Below, one piece after another: positions 17,775 through 26,157 of a stretch of DNA of 32,000 nucleotides. Numbering within the stretch: the stretch's first letter is position 1; each line of letters begins with the position of its first letter. The notes under the pieces were generated by a model that did no database searches, was not told the origin of the DNA, and was given only the letters and a program-made list of their open reading frames with translations. A program made the translations under genes and the position numbers. The DNA is from Roseinatronobacter bogoriensis DSM 18756 (GTDB lineage: Bacteria; Pseudomonadota; Alphaproteobacteria; Rhodobacterales; Rhodobacteraceae): contig NZ_SORN01000010.1 of the NCBI RefSeq assembly GCF_004366635.1, positions 94,867 through 126,866 on the forward strand, in the 5' to 3' direction.

Positions 17775-18662
17775 TCACACCAGCGCTTCGCGGGCGTGAC
17801 GGCGCAGGGCATCGCTTAGCGCCCGAAGCGGTTCTGCCGCACGTCGGTTGATTTGCCAGAATAGGGGCCGGTCAAAGGGTGTGTCCGCAATCAGCTCCAC
17901 CAATCGCCCAGAGCGCAGATGATCCTGCACCAAAGACGCGGGGTTCATGCCCCAACCCACCCCCTGCACCGCCGCTGTCACAAAGCCTTGCGTCGAGGGC
18001 AGCCAATGGGTTGGCGGCGCCAGCCGTTGTCCGAAGACGGCTTGCATCCATGCATTTTGCAACTGATCCTTCTGGTTGAAGGTCAGCGCAGGGGCGCGGG
18101 CCAATGCTGAAAGGGTGACCCCGTCAGAGAAAAACCGTTGCACGAAACCGGGGCTGGCCGTTGCATGATAGCGCAGGCTGCCCAAAGCGATGGATTTGCA
18201 ACCCTGCACGGGCTTGGCCACAGCGGTCAGCGCAGCCACCACCCGCCCCGATTTCAGCCAGTCGGTCGTGTGATCCTCATCATCGACCGCGATATCCAGC
18301 AAGATATCCGCATCACGGGCAAAACCTGCCAGGGCGGGCAGAACCCATGTGGCCAGGCTGTCGGAATTGACGGCAACAGACAGGGTCACGCGGTCTGTCT
18401 GATAGGCGCTTGCAGGCAGCTGGGCCATTAGGTCGCGCTCTGCCAGACCCACAAGCTCTATATGACGACACAGGGCATCCCCGGCCGCCGTGGCGCGGCA
18501 CGGGCTGGCGCGCTCGATCAGGACAGTGCCAAGACGTTCCTCCAGCGCGCGGACCCGCTGCGAAATGGCCGAGGGCGTCACCCCCAAGGCCCGCGCCGCG
18601 CCCTCGAAACTGCCGGTCTGCACCACCATCGCGACCGCACGCGCGGCGGGATAATCAAGCAT
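17775..18662 (-). CDS. argP: LysR-family regulator, ArgP/LysG type
   Basis: The product begins MLDYPAARAVAMVVQTGSFEGAARALGVTPSAISQRVRALEERLGTVLIER..PCRATAAG. The gene is divergent from a LysE/ArgO exporter gene, which is the classical pairing. Confidence 0.8.
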   Translation of the reverse strand: MLDYPAARAVAMVVQTGSFEGAARALGVTPSAISQRVRALEERLGTVLIERASPCRATAAGDALCRHIELVGLAERDLMAQLPASAYQTDRVTLSVAVNSDSLATWVLPALAGFARDADILLDIAVDDEDHTTDWLKSGRVVAALTAVAKPVQGCKSIALGSLRYHATASPGFVQRFFSDGVTLSALARAPALTFNQKDQLQNAWMQAVFGQRLAPPTHWLPSTQGFVTAAVQGVGWGMNPASLVQDHLRSGRLVELIADTPFDRPLFWQINRRAAEPLRALSDALRRHAREALV

Positions 18663-18748
18663 TAGCTTCCCTTAACCAGTGTTACGTCGTTTAATTTGCC
18701 TAATCACATGGCCCGGTATATCGCAAGCCAAACCTGACAGAGGCTGAT

Positions 18749-19363
18749 ATGAGCGACCTGACGATTTACCTGACCGGCCTTGGCATCGGCCTGAGCCTGA
18801 TCATCGCCATTGGTGCGCAGAATGCCTTTGTTCTGCGTCAGGGTCTGCGCGGGTCGCATGTCTTCCCGGTGGTGCTGACCTGTGCGCTGTCAGATGCGAT
18901 TCTGATCGTCGTCGGGGTGACCAGTTTCGCCAAAATCGCCGCATGGTTGCCGATGGTCGATCCGGTCATGCGCTATGGCGGCGCTGCGTTTCTGCTCTGG
19001 TATGGGGCGCGCAACATGCGCGCGGCCTTTACTTCGTCGCAAGCACTATGGATCGACGGTGCAGCCCCGCGAGAGCCGCTGCGCCCTGTGCTGCTGACAG
19101 CGCTGGCGCTGACATGGCTGAACCCGCATGTCTATCTTGATACTGTGGTATTGCTGGGTACGATCTCGACACAGTATGCGGGCCAGCAGTTTGCCTTTGC
19201 CGCCGGTGCGGTGAGCGGATCCTTCCTGTTTTTTTTCGCGCTCGGCTATGGTGCGGGTAGATTGAGGCCTCTTTTCGCACAACCCAGGGCTTGGCGGCTT
19301 CTGGAGGGCGGGATTGCTCTGGTGATGTGGGCAATTGCTGTGAAATTGATCTTGTCAGCCTGA
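18749..19363 (+). CDS. LysE/ArgO family basic amino-acid exporter
   Basis: The product reads ...GLGIGLSLIIAIGAQNAFVLRQGLRGSHVFPVVLTCALSDAILI..GV...LNPHVYLDTVVLLG. It has about 6 TM segments. Confidence 0.85.
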   Translation: MSDLTIYLTGLGIGLSLIIAIGAQNAFVLRQGLRGSHVFPVVLTCALSDAILIVVGVTSFAKIAAWLPMVDPVMRYGGAAFLLWYGARNMRAAFTSSQALWIDGAAPREPLRPVLLTALALTWLNPHVYLDTVVLLGTISTQYAGQQFAFAAGAVSGSFLFFFALGYGAGRLRPLFAQPRAWRLLEGGIALVMWAIAVKLILSA

Positions 19364-19758
19364 ACAGGTCGTTTCGCGCTGATCCAGCGCCCGAAGCACT
19401 ACACTATCGGTCAGCGAATACTTAGCGCAGCACTGCGCCCGAATAACCGCAATGCCCTCAAAGCAGTCATAGAGAATCTTGTCTGTGGCGGCAAACACTA
19501 GAATGGCGCATTCTGGCAAATCGGTCCAGTAGGCTGCGCAAGCAGACCCAACCATCCACCCCACGCAGCGCCCGCAAAGCTGGCATCTGAAAAGCACCAA
19601 GGCGACGCCGCGCCCCTCTCTCTGAGGCCTTGCCATCATGATCGAACGACCGCATCAAGCAATAGCATTCCCCTGCTTTTACTCTGCCACACGCAACCGC
19701 CCTTGCACCTGCGCCTCTGCAATGCCAGATATTGCGGCAGTGAACAGGGAGAGATGCA

Positions 19759-21204
19759 ATGCTGGACAAACGCCAATTCTACATAAACGGCCAATGGTGC
19801 GACCCGGTGGCGGGCGAGGATCTTGATGTCATCAACCCCTCGACCGAAGAAGCCTGCGCGGTCATTTCACTTGGGGGCGCAGCAGATACCGACAAGGCCG
19901 TGGCCGCAGCGAAGGCGGCCCTGCCCGGCTGGATGTATTCCGACCCGGCGGAACGGCTGGCGCTTGTCGAGCGTATACTTGAAGAATACAAGGCGCGCGC
20001 CGAAGATATGGCGCAGGCCATCAGCACCGAAATGGGTGCACCCATTGACATGTCGCGCAGCTCTCAGGTGGGTGCCGGGACATGGCATATCAGCAATTTC
20101 ATCAAGGCCTTCGAGAAGGTTCACTTCATTGAACCGCTTGGCGATCATGCGCCAGAGGATCGCATCATCCGTGAAGCGGTGGGTGTCTGCGCCCTGATCA
20201 CGCCCTGGAACTGGCCAATGAATCAGGTCACACTCAAGGTCATCCCCGCCCTTCTGGCAGGCTGCACGATGGTGCTGAAACCGTCCGAGATTGCGCCGCT
20301 CTCCTCGATCGTCTGGGCAGAGATCATGGACGCCGCAGGCACACCGAAGGGCGTTTTCAACATGGTCAATGGCGATGGGCCGGGGGTCGGCACACAGCTA
20401 TCAGGCCACAAGGACGTGGACATGGTCAGCTTCACCGGCTCAACCCGTGCCGGCATAGCCATTTCCAAGAACGCCGCCGAAACCCTGAAGCGCGTGCATC
20501 TGGAACTGGGCGGCAAGGGCGCGAATGTCATCTTCGCCGATGCCGATGAAAAGGCCGTGAAGCGCGGGGCGGCTCACTGCTTTAACAATACCGGCCAGTC
20601 CTGCAACGCGCCCACACGGATGCTGGTGCAGCGCGAAATCTATGATCAGGCCGTGGAAACCGCACGCGAACTGGCAGAAAAAACAGCCGTTGGCCCCGCT
20701 TCCGAATCCGGGCGCCATATCGGGCCAGTTGTCAGTCAGGCGCAGTTCGACAAGATTCAGGACCTGATTCAGACTGGCATATCCGAGGGGGCAAAACTGG
20801 TTGCGGGCGGTCTGGGCAGACCAGAAGGGATGAATCGTGGCTATTTCGTGCGCCCGACCGTTTTTGCCGATGTGAATAACCAGATGACCATCGCGCGCGA
20901 AGAAATCTTCGGCCCTGTCCTGTCCATCATCCCGTTCGAGTCTGAAGATGATGCTGTGCGCATCGCCAATGACACTGTTTATGGCCTGACCAATTATGTG
21001 CAAAGCGAAGATGGCGCAAAACGTAACCGCATGGCGCGCCTGCTGCGCGCGGGCATGGTGGAAATGAATGGTAAATCTCGTGGCGCGGGGGCCCCGTTCG
21101 GCGGCATGAAGCAATCAGGCAACGGGCGCGAAGGTGGCGTCTGGGGTATCGAGGATTTTCTGGAAGTCAAAGCCGTATCCGGCTGGGCCAATGACGCGGA
21201 GTGA
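19759..21204 (+). CDS. NAD(P)-dependent aldehyde dehydrogenase
   Basis: The 481-aa product carries ...ITPWNWPMNQV..K..PALLAGCTMVLKPSE.APLS...FTGST..G......AA..LKRVHLELGGKGANVIF.DAD......FNNTGQSC.A.TR..V...EEIFGPVL. A GGGAGAG sits 6 nt upstream of the ATG. Confidence 0.9.
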   Translation: MLDKRQFYINGQWCDPVAGEDLDVINPSTEEACAVISLGGAADTDKAVAAAKAALPGWMYSDPAERLALVERILEEYKARAEDMAQAISTEMGAPIDMSRSSQVGAGTWHISNFIKAFEKVHFIEPLGDHAPEDRIIREAVGVCALITPWNWPMNQVTLKVIPALLAGCTMVLKPSEIAPLSSIVWAEIMDAAGTPKGVFNMVNGDGPGVGTQLSGHKDVDMVSFTGSTRAGIAISKNAAETLKRVHLELGGKGANVIFADADEKAVKRGAAHCFNNTGQSCNAPTRMLVQREIYDQAVETARELAEKTAVGPASESGRHIGPVVSQAQFDKIQDLIQTGISEGAKLVAGGLGRPEGMNRGYFVRPTVFADVNNQMTIAREEIFGPVLSIIPFESEDDAVRIANDTVYGLTNYVQSEDGAKRNRMARLLRAGMVEMNGKSRGAGAPFGGMKQSGNGREGGVWGIEDFLEVKAVSGWANDAE

Positions 21205-21211
21205 ATGCGTG

Positions 21212-21595
21212 ATGACATATGACTATGATGATCAGAACATCTTTGCAAAAATCCTGCGCGGGGAAATCCCGTGCAGCAAGGTGTATGAGACCGACCATAG
21301 CCTTGCCTTTGCGGATATTTCGCCCAAAGCCCCCCATCATGTGCTGGTCATCCCGAAAGGGCCTTATGTTTGCTACGACCATTTCGCACGCAGCGCCTCT
21401 GATGCGGAAATCGTCGATTATACGCGTGCGATCGGTGAGGTGTGTGTCCGACTCGGCGTGGCACCGGGTGATGGCGGCGCGGGTTACCGGATGATCGCGA
21501 ATTCAGGGTCAGACGGGGTGCAGGAAGTGCCACATCTGCATGTGCATATTCTTGGCGGGCGCAATATCGGGCCGATGGTGATGATGCGCCCTTGA
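21212..21595 (+). CDS. HIT-family (histidine triad) nucleotide hydrolase
   Basis: This is the internal ATG 21212 of ORF 21134..21595. The product reads ...QNIFAKILRGEIPCSKVYETDHSLAFADISPKAPHHVLVIPKG...VPHLHVHILGG, which includes the H-phi-H-phi-H-phi-phi triad. Confidence 0.85.
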   Translation: MTYDYDDQNIFAKILRGEIPCSKVYETDHSLAFADISPKAPHHVLVIPKGPYVCYDHFARSASDAEIVDYTRAIGEVCVRLGVAPGDGGAGYRMIANSGSDGVQEVPHLHVHILGGRNIGPMVMMRP

Positions 21596-21633
21596 CGCGA
21601 TAGGCGCGAGTGCATAATCAAGCGCCACAGGAC

Positions 21634-21707
21634 GGCGAGTTGGCGGAGTGGTTACGCAGCGGATTGCAAATCCGTGTACAGGAGTTCGATTCTCCTACTC
21701 GCCTCCA
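21634..21707 (+). tRNA. tRNA-Cys (anticodon GCA)
   Basis: I folded the cloverleaf by hand. The acceptor stem is GGCGAGT/ACTCGCC and the anticodon stem is GCGGA/TCCGT with loop TTGCAAA (GCA). The T arm is AGGAG-TTCGATT-CTCCT. The discriminator is U and CCA is encoded. Confidence 0.95.
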
Positions 21708-21708
21708 T
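21663..21708 (+). repeat. attL: 46-bp direct repeat (tRNA-Cys from the anticodon loop to the 3-prime end plus 1 nt)
   Basis: ATTGCAAATCCGTGTACAGGAGTTCGATTCTCCTACTCGCCTCCAT is identical to 31185-31230. Confidence 0.85.
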
Positions 21709-21859
21709 ATATATTGTGCTTTTTCTTTGCTTGCGTACAGTCAGTTACAACATGTAGTCGCAGCAGTGCTGTACACAACTTGTACACAGAAAATGATAGG
21801 CGCTTGCGCTCTATTGTGCTAAGCTAAGTAAATCAACCACTTAGCACCAAACCCACAAA

Positions 21860-23281
21860 ATGAGTTATGGCGTCAGTTCAATAGAACTACACAGCAAGCT
21901 GCGAATCGATAAGCGCGCAGGTAGTAACAATTGGTACGCGCGTTTAACCTTGCCCAACAAAAAACGGTTGGTGAAGTCTACAAAAACAGCTGATGTGGAA
22001 GAAGCAAAAGAGGTTGCGCTGAGGCTGTACTATGAGACGGAAGCGCGCATAAAAAATAAGCTTCCAGCTACTACACGAAAATTCAAAGATGTGGCTGAGC
22101 ACGCATTACGGCGTATGAATGATGAGCTGGCGCAAGGCGTAGGCAGGCAAGCGTATAAAGATTACATCCAAGCAACCAGACGCTGGCTTATTCCTTTTTT
22201 TGGCAGCACAGACATCAGCAAAATTGACCTGCTTGCACTCAAAAATTTTGACGCTTGGCGCGCAGAGAAAATGAATAAGACTCCTGCACAAAGCACCATC
22301 AACAATCACAACGCTGCATTGAACAGGATATTAGACGAAGCAGAGCTGAACGGCTGGATCACAAAAGCGCTCCGTCCCACCTTGCTCAACAAAGGTTTAA
22401 AGACCCAAAGCAGAGGTAGCTTCACAGTACAAGAATATCGCACCATCTATGCAGCCTTACGCAACTACCACAAATCAACTGCCCATCCAAAAGCTGCAGC
22501 AACACGCGAAACGCTGCGCAACTATGTCCTGTTTCTTGCAAACACAGGCATACGACATGGCACAGAAGCAATTGGATTAAGGTGGCGAAATATTGAATGG
22601 TACTACAAAGGCGGTGAAAAATATCTTGCTGTCAATGTTGACGGGAAAACAAAGAACCGACAGACAATTGCACGCGATAGAACGAGCCGTTATTTATTTC
22701 GTCAAAGCAAACTCAACCCGCGCCTGCAATTTGATAGCTTGGATGCGCTGATTGATGCAAAAAGCGATGAGTTTGTATTTACAACGCGCTTAGGCAAACC
22801 AGCTACTGTACATAACTTAAACAGGGCATTTAATGCACTGCTTGACGAACTAAATTTGAAAACTGGCGCCGATGACAGAGAGCGTACGCTTTACAGCTGG
22901 CGTCATTTCTACGCTACAGAAGATCTAGCACGTGGTATGAGCGCTCACACGCTAAGCAAGCAACTTGGCAATAGCACAGCGATGGTGGACAAGCATTACA
23001 GTAAGTATAGCCCAGCCATCAATGCTGAGCTGCACAGCGGTAGACGAAAAAAAACAGATCAAAAAACAGATTTTTCAAGTGCACAAGCCTCAAATTCTAC
23101 TGTGCAGTTGGCTTTTCAGATGCTTAATGACGGCAAGCTTAGCGAAACAGCGCTACTGGCAACGCTTGGCGTTGAAAAAGATGGCTATACAGTAACGCAG
23201 GAGATAATGCTGGCTGCGCTACAGGCCAAAAACGATAATAAAATAGCAGAAGAAACACTACTTCTGATACTGAATGGATAA
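21860..23281 (+). CDS. int: Tyrosine-type site-specific integrase
   Basis: The 473-aa product has catalytic-domain signatures: LFLANTGIRHGTEAIGLRWRNI (Arg I), YSWRHFYATEDLARG (H-x-x-R) and LGNSTAMVDKHYSKY (Tyr). It is the first gene after the tRNA. Confidence 0.9.
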   Translation: MSYGVSSIELHSKLRIDKRAGSNNWYARLTLPNKKRLVKSTKTADVEEAKEVALRLYYETEARIKNKLPATTRKFKDVAEHALRRMNDELAQGVGRQAYKDYIQATRRWLIPFFGSTDISKIDLLALKNFDAWRAEKMNKTPAQSTINNHNAALNRILDEAELNGWITKALRPTLLNKGLKTQSRGSFTVQEYRTIYAALRNYHKSTAHPKAAATRETLRNYVLFLANTGIRHGTEAIGLRWRNIEWYYKGGEKYLAVNVDGKTKNRQTIARDRTSRYLFRQSKLNPRLQFDSLDALIDAKSDEFVFTTRLGKPATVHNLNRAFNALLDELNLKTGADDRERTLYSWRHFYATEDLARGMSAHTLSKQLGNSTAMVDKHYSKYSPAINAELHSGRRKKTDQKTDFSSAQASNSTVQLAFQMLNDGKLSETALLATLGVEKDGYTVTQEIMLAALQAKNDNKIAEETLLLILNG

Positions 23282-23331
23282 GAGAGCGCGCAACACATTT
23301 CTGCGCTGCGCAATCTCAAAGCTCAAAAAAT

Positions 23332-23754
23332 TTATGCGCTTTTGCGCTTTGCCACACTCTCAACGGCTGTATCAAACTCACCAGCTGCAGCTGCCTTGTA
23401 AAACGCCTCTAGCACAGCGTTAACTTCTGCGAGCTCTTTTACAAAAACAGCGTTACCCTTGTCAGCAATTGGCAGCGCGCGCGCGCCATATTTGCACTGG
23501 ACGTAATAGCCACCGTCCTGCTCAAAAAACCAAGCACGCACGCGCTTTTCTGCATCAACGCGTACACGCTCACCTTCTGCATTCGTTTTCCATTTACGCA
23601 CAGCAAGCACATAGTCCTTGCCCACAACAGCATCTGCCCAAACGCGCATCTGCTCCTCAATCGCGCTTAGCAGCTTAGCACGCCTTTGCTCGGATGCAGA
23701 CTTGTACGCAGTACGCTGAACTGACTTTACATTTAGCTTAGCAAGTACACTCAT
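23332..23754 (-). CDS. Island hypothetical protein (140 aa)
   Basis: This is the internal ATG (cat 23752-23754), preceded by a perfect AGGAGG. The product reads MSVLAKLNVKSVQRTAYKSASEQRRAKLLSAIEEQ.... I recognise no motif. Confidence 0.7.
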   Translation of the reverse strand: MSVLAKLNVKSVQRTAYKSASEQRRAKLLSAIEEQMRVWADAVVGKDYVLAVRKWKTNAEGERVRVDAEKRVRAWFFEQDGGYYVQCKYGARALPIADKGNAVFVKELAEVNAVLEAFYKAAAAGEFDTAVESVAKRKSA

Positions 23755-23818
23755 TTCAAACCTCCTGTGTTTGCTAATCACTTTATAAATTCAGAACACA
23801 ACAAGAACGACCGGAATG

Positions 23819-23839
23819 TTACTTCAAACTGTGAAGTAA
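23819..23839. repeat. 21-bp palindrome, copy 1 (TTACTTCA-AACTG-TGAAGTAA)
   Basis: It has 8-bp perfect arms and a 5-nt spacer. It lies in the divergent intergenic region between 23754(-) and 23910(+). It is identical to the copies at 26128-26148 and 30265-30285. Confidence 0.9.
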
Positions 23840-23909
23840 GCGCGCATCAAAAATGCACCCGCCTTAACGCATTAAGGATAAATAAAACACTAAAGTAGAA
23901 AGGATATAA

Positions 23910-24557
23910 ATGAGAACTTACAATAACTTAAATTGGAAACAACTGACACATAACGCATGGAGCAATGAGTTAGCACATGCGCACTATGACGTAACCGGCA
24001 CACTGAAATTTAACAACGGGAGGCGCGTAGGCAAGAGCACAGCAAGCAAGCTACTGACTGCGTATTGGCATAGAATGGATAAGCTGTTTTTTGGCGCGGA
24101 CGCAAAGAAGCGGATAGGTGTAGAGCGCTGGGTGTTTGCGGAGTATGGCGAGCTAGGCGACAACTTGCATTTTCACTTCAAAGCCAAGTCACCGATCGAA
24201 CCAGTTTTCTTTTGCGCTATAGCAAATTTGTTGTGGAGCAACTTAGACAACCTGACAGCATCGGCAAAGTACAACGAAATCACACCAACGATAGACGCTG
24301 TAAAATCCGCACGTTACGTTACAAAAGGCACAAAACATTTTTACTTTGACGAAATAGGCTTTAAGGCATCACACCGCAACAACACAAATATTGACGTAGA
24401 AAATTATCAGAACATACAACAGGCAAAACGCATCCAAAATCGTTTTTCTTTCCCAAAAATCATAGAGGCAATGGATTCAGTCATACAACAGGCAGCAAAT
24501 GCAGAGCGCAACATGAAGATCAGGCAAACCAAAGCTGTAGCGTCAGGCGCTCAGTAA
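23910..24557 (+). CDS. Small protein with HUH-endonuclease (rolling-circle Rep/relaxase-like) motif arrangement
   Basis: AAAGGA sits 6 nt upstream of the ATG. Three motifs occur in Rep order. Motif I-like is YDVTGTLKF. Motif II-like is DNLHFHFKA (H-hydrophobic-H). Motif III-like is SARYVTKGTK (Y-x-x-K). The coding call is solid; the function is a motif-level inference. Confidence 0.5.
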   Translation: MRTYNNLNWKQLTHNAWSNELAHAHYDVTGTLKFNNGRRVGKSTASKLLTAYWHRMDKLFFGADAKKRIGVERWVFAEYGELGDNLHFHFKAKSPIEPVFFCAIANLLWSNLDNLTASAKYNEITPTIDAVKSARYVTKGTKHFYFDEIGFKASHRNNTNIDVENYQNIQQAKRIQNRFSFPKIIEAMDSVIQQAANAERNMKIRQTKAVASGAQ

Positions 24558-24690
24558 ACACAGGCATGGAAAATTTACAGACACTAAGGCAGCGCTTTGA
24601 GGCGCTGCTAATCTTCAGTATATTCAAATCAAACAATTTGATACTTACAGAAAAACCAAACACAGAGAGTAAATACTTAAGGAGAACAGC

Positions 24691-24987
24691 ATGACGTTAC
24701 TTGAAACACTTTACAGGCACTTGAGACACAACGAGCTTACAGCGAATGCTGAGCATTTTAGCACAGAGTATTTGAATAAGAGCAAGAGCTGGTATGCTGT
24801 ACAGATGCATGAGCGACGAGAAATAAGCGCAGCTGCAGCTATCCAGTGTTTACGCTCCATACGCAGCACGCAAGCTAACGCGGCTTTGTACAGCGAACAG
24901 CAGCGTGTTGCACTGATAGCGGCAGAGCACTTGTTGACACAGCACTTGCAGCAACAGCACGCGGTGGCGGAAATTACCACTGCGTAA
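24691..24987 (+). CDS. Island hypothetical protein (98 aa)
   Basis: AAGGAG sits 6 nt upstream of the ATG. The product looks helical and Gln/Ala-rich, and I recognise no motif. Confidence 0.65.
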   Translation: MTLLETLYRHLRHNELTANAEHFSTEYLNKSKSWYAVQMHERREISAAAAIQCLRSIRSTQANAALYSEQQRVALIAAEHLLTQHLQQQHAVAEITTA

Positions 24988-25133
24988 ATGTTAAACAATG
25001 CACAATCCATAACATCTTGCCCATATTCCAAACAAATACATAGGCTTGCGTGATCTGTGTTTTCAGGTCGTCCTGCATAATGTGTGGAATTATATTGTTT
25101 AACAAGAGAACCACACATTTGGGAGCTGAACAG

Positions 25134-25712
25134 ATGAAACAGGCAAAGCTGCTAACTGACGCGGAACGCAAGCGACTGAGTGCTGTGGTGGATAGCTTGC
25201 GCCACAGCACACGCAATCACACAGCAATAGCACTGAGCTTTTACGCTGGCCTGCGTGCCTGTGAGATTGCTGCGCTGCGCATTGGCGATGTGTTTGACGC
25301 ATCGGGCGCTGTGCGTGATACGATTTACCTGTCAGCAGCACAGACCAAAGGCAGTGACAGCTGCACGGTGCTGATGAACAAGAAATTGCGCGCACAACTC
25401 AAACAGTACGCCCTACGCTACCCCAAGCAAGTCGCCAAACCCAATGCAGCACTGATTTTCAGCGGCAAGGGCGGCAGCTTTACTGCGCAAACAGTGGTCA
25501 ACCTGTTTCAGCGCTTGTACAAGCTGGCAGGCATTGAAGGTGCCAGTTCGCATTCAGGTCGTCGTCAGTTTGTAACGGAGCTGGCAGACAGGGGAATAAA
25601 TGCGCGTGTCGTGCAAGCACTTGCGCGCCACAAAAACCTCAACACCACCATGCGCTACATTGACTTGAACGAGAACAAGTTGCGCGCTGCAGTTGAGCTG
25701 ATCAATTTCTAA
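25134..25712 (+). CDS. Short tyrosine recombinase (catalytic domain only, 192 aa)
   Basis: This is the internal ATG 25134 of ORF 25050..25712, with GGGAG 8 nt upstream. Signatures are ALSFYAGLRACEIAALRIGDV (Arg I), SSHSGRRQFVTELA (H-x-x-R) and LNTTMRYIDL (Tyr). It has no N-terminal core-binding or arm-binding domain. Confidence 0.8.
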   Translation: MKQAKLLTDAERKRLSAVVDSLRHSTRNHTAIALSFYAGLRACEIAALRIGDVFDASGAVRDTIYLSAAQTKGSDSCTVLMNKKLRAQLKQYALRYPKQVAKPNAALIFSGKGGSFTAQTVVNLFQRLYKLAGIEGASSHSGRRQFVTELADRGINARVVQALARHKNLNTTMRYIDLNENKLRAAVELINF

Positions 25713-25837
25713 GCAACACAGCTATGCCTGTCAGTCATGCTGCCAGTCAGCGTCTTGAATACTTCAAAACCGCCAAAACCCTGCATTTCCTGCAAAATTG
25801 AGCAATCAATTCACCCCAAATAGCAACAGTTGCGCAG

Positions 25838-25987
25838 TTACGGTCTGTGCTTGATGGGCGGCACAGGGCTTTGTGGGCGCAGGTTACGCTTCTTGCTCCG
25901 CAGTTTGGTCATGTTTTTCTCCCAAGCAGTTTTATGGGTTGGCTTAGCCGCGCTGCGCTTTTGTGTAACGATTTCTTCTATAGTCAT
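25838..25987 (-). CDS. Possible small basic protein (49 aa)
   Basis: This is the internal ATG (cat 25985-25987), preceded by AGGAG at 5-nt spacing. The product is MTIEEIVTQKRSAAKPTHKTAWEKNMTKLRSKKRNLRPQSPVPPIKHRP. I have no similarity evidence. Confidence 0.4.
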   Translation of the reverse strand: MTIEEIVTQKRSAAKPTHKTAWEKNMTKLRSKKRNLRPQSPVPPIKHRP

Positions 25988-26126
25988 CTTTGCTCCTGGT
26001 GTTTGCAAACTGGTGGGGAGATTTGGCAAGTACTTGTACGCTTGATTTTGCGCGCCACAACTTTTTGTCCAAAACACCCCTTCCAAATGTATTTACTATA
26101 TTGACGAAGCCGCACAGCTGAGCCAG

Positions 26127-26149
26127 CTTACTTCAAACTGTGAAGTAAG
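26127..26149. repeat. 21-bp palindrome, copy 2 (arms extend to 9 bp)
   Basis: CTTACTTCA-AACTG-TGAAGTAAG ends 8 nt before the ATG at 26158. Its 3-prime arm overlaps the AAGGGA Shine-Dalgarno-like sequence. Confidence 0.9.
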
Positions 26150-26157
26150 GGACAGCT

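Noticed and set aside
19355-19639. A 94-aa Cys-rich minus-strand ORF in the 395-bp LysE / aldehyde dehydrogenase spacer.
   Set aside because: It has no Shine-Dalgarno sequence, overlaps the LysE stop and shows no recognisable motif. I cannot tell it apart from a chance ORF without codon-usage or conservation data, so I left it uncalled.
24568-24694. A 42-codon ORF ending in an ATGA overlap with the 98-aa gene.
   Set aside because: It has no convincing RBS and is too short to support from sequence alone. It might be a real small island protein such as an Xis-like factor, but it is unsupported.
25830-26104. Plus-strand ORFs 25830..26045 and 25847..26104.
   Set aside because: Their translations are hydrophobic and junk-like with no RBS. 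The minus-strand 49-aa frame has a good AGGAG-N5-ATG, so only that one was listed, and with low confidence.
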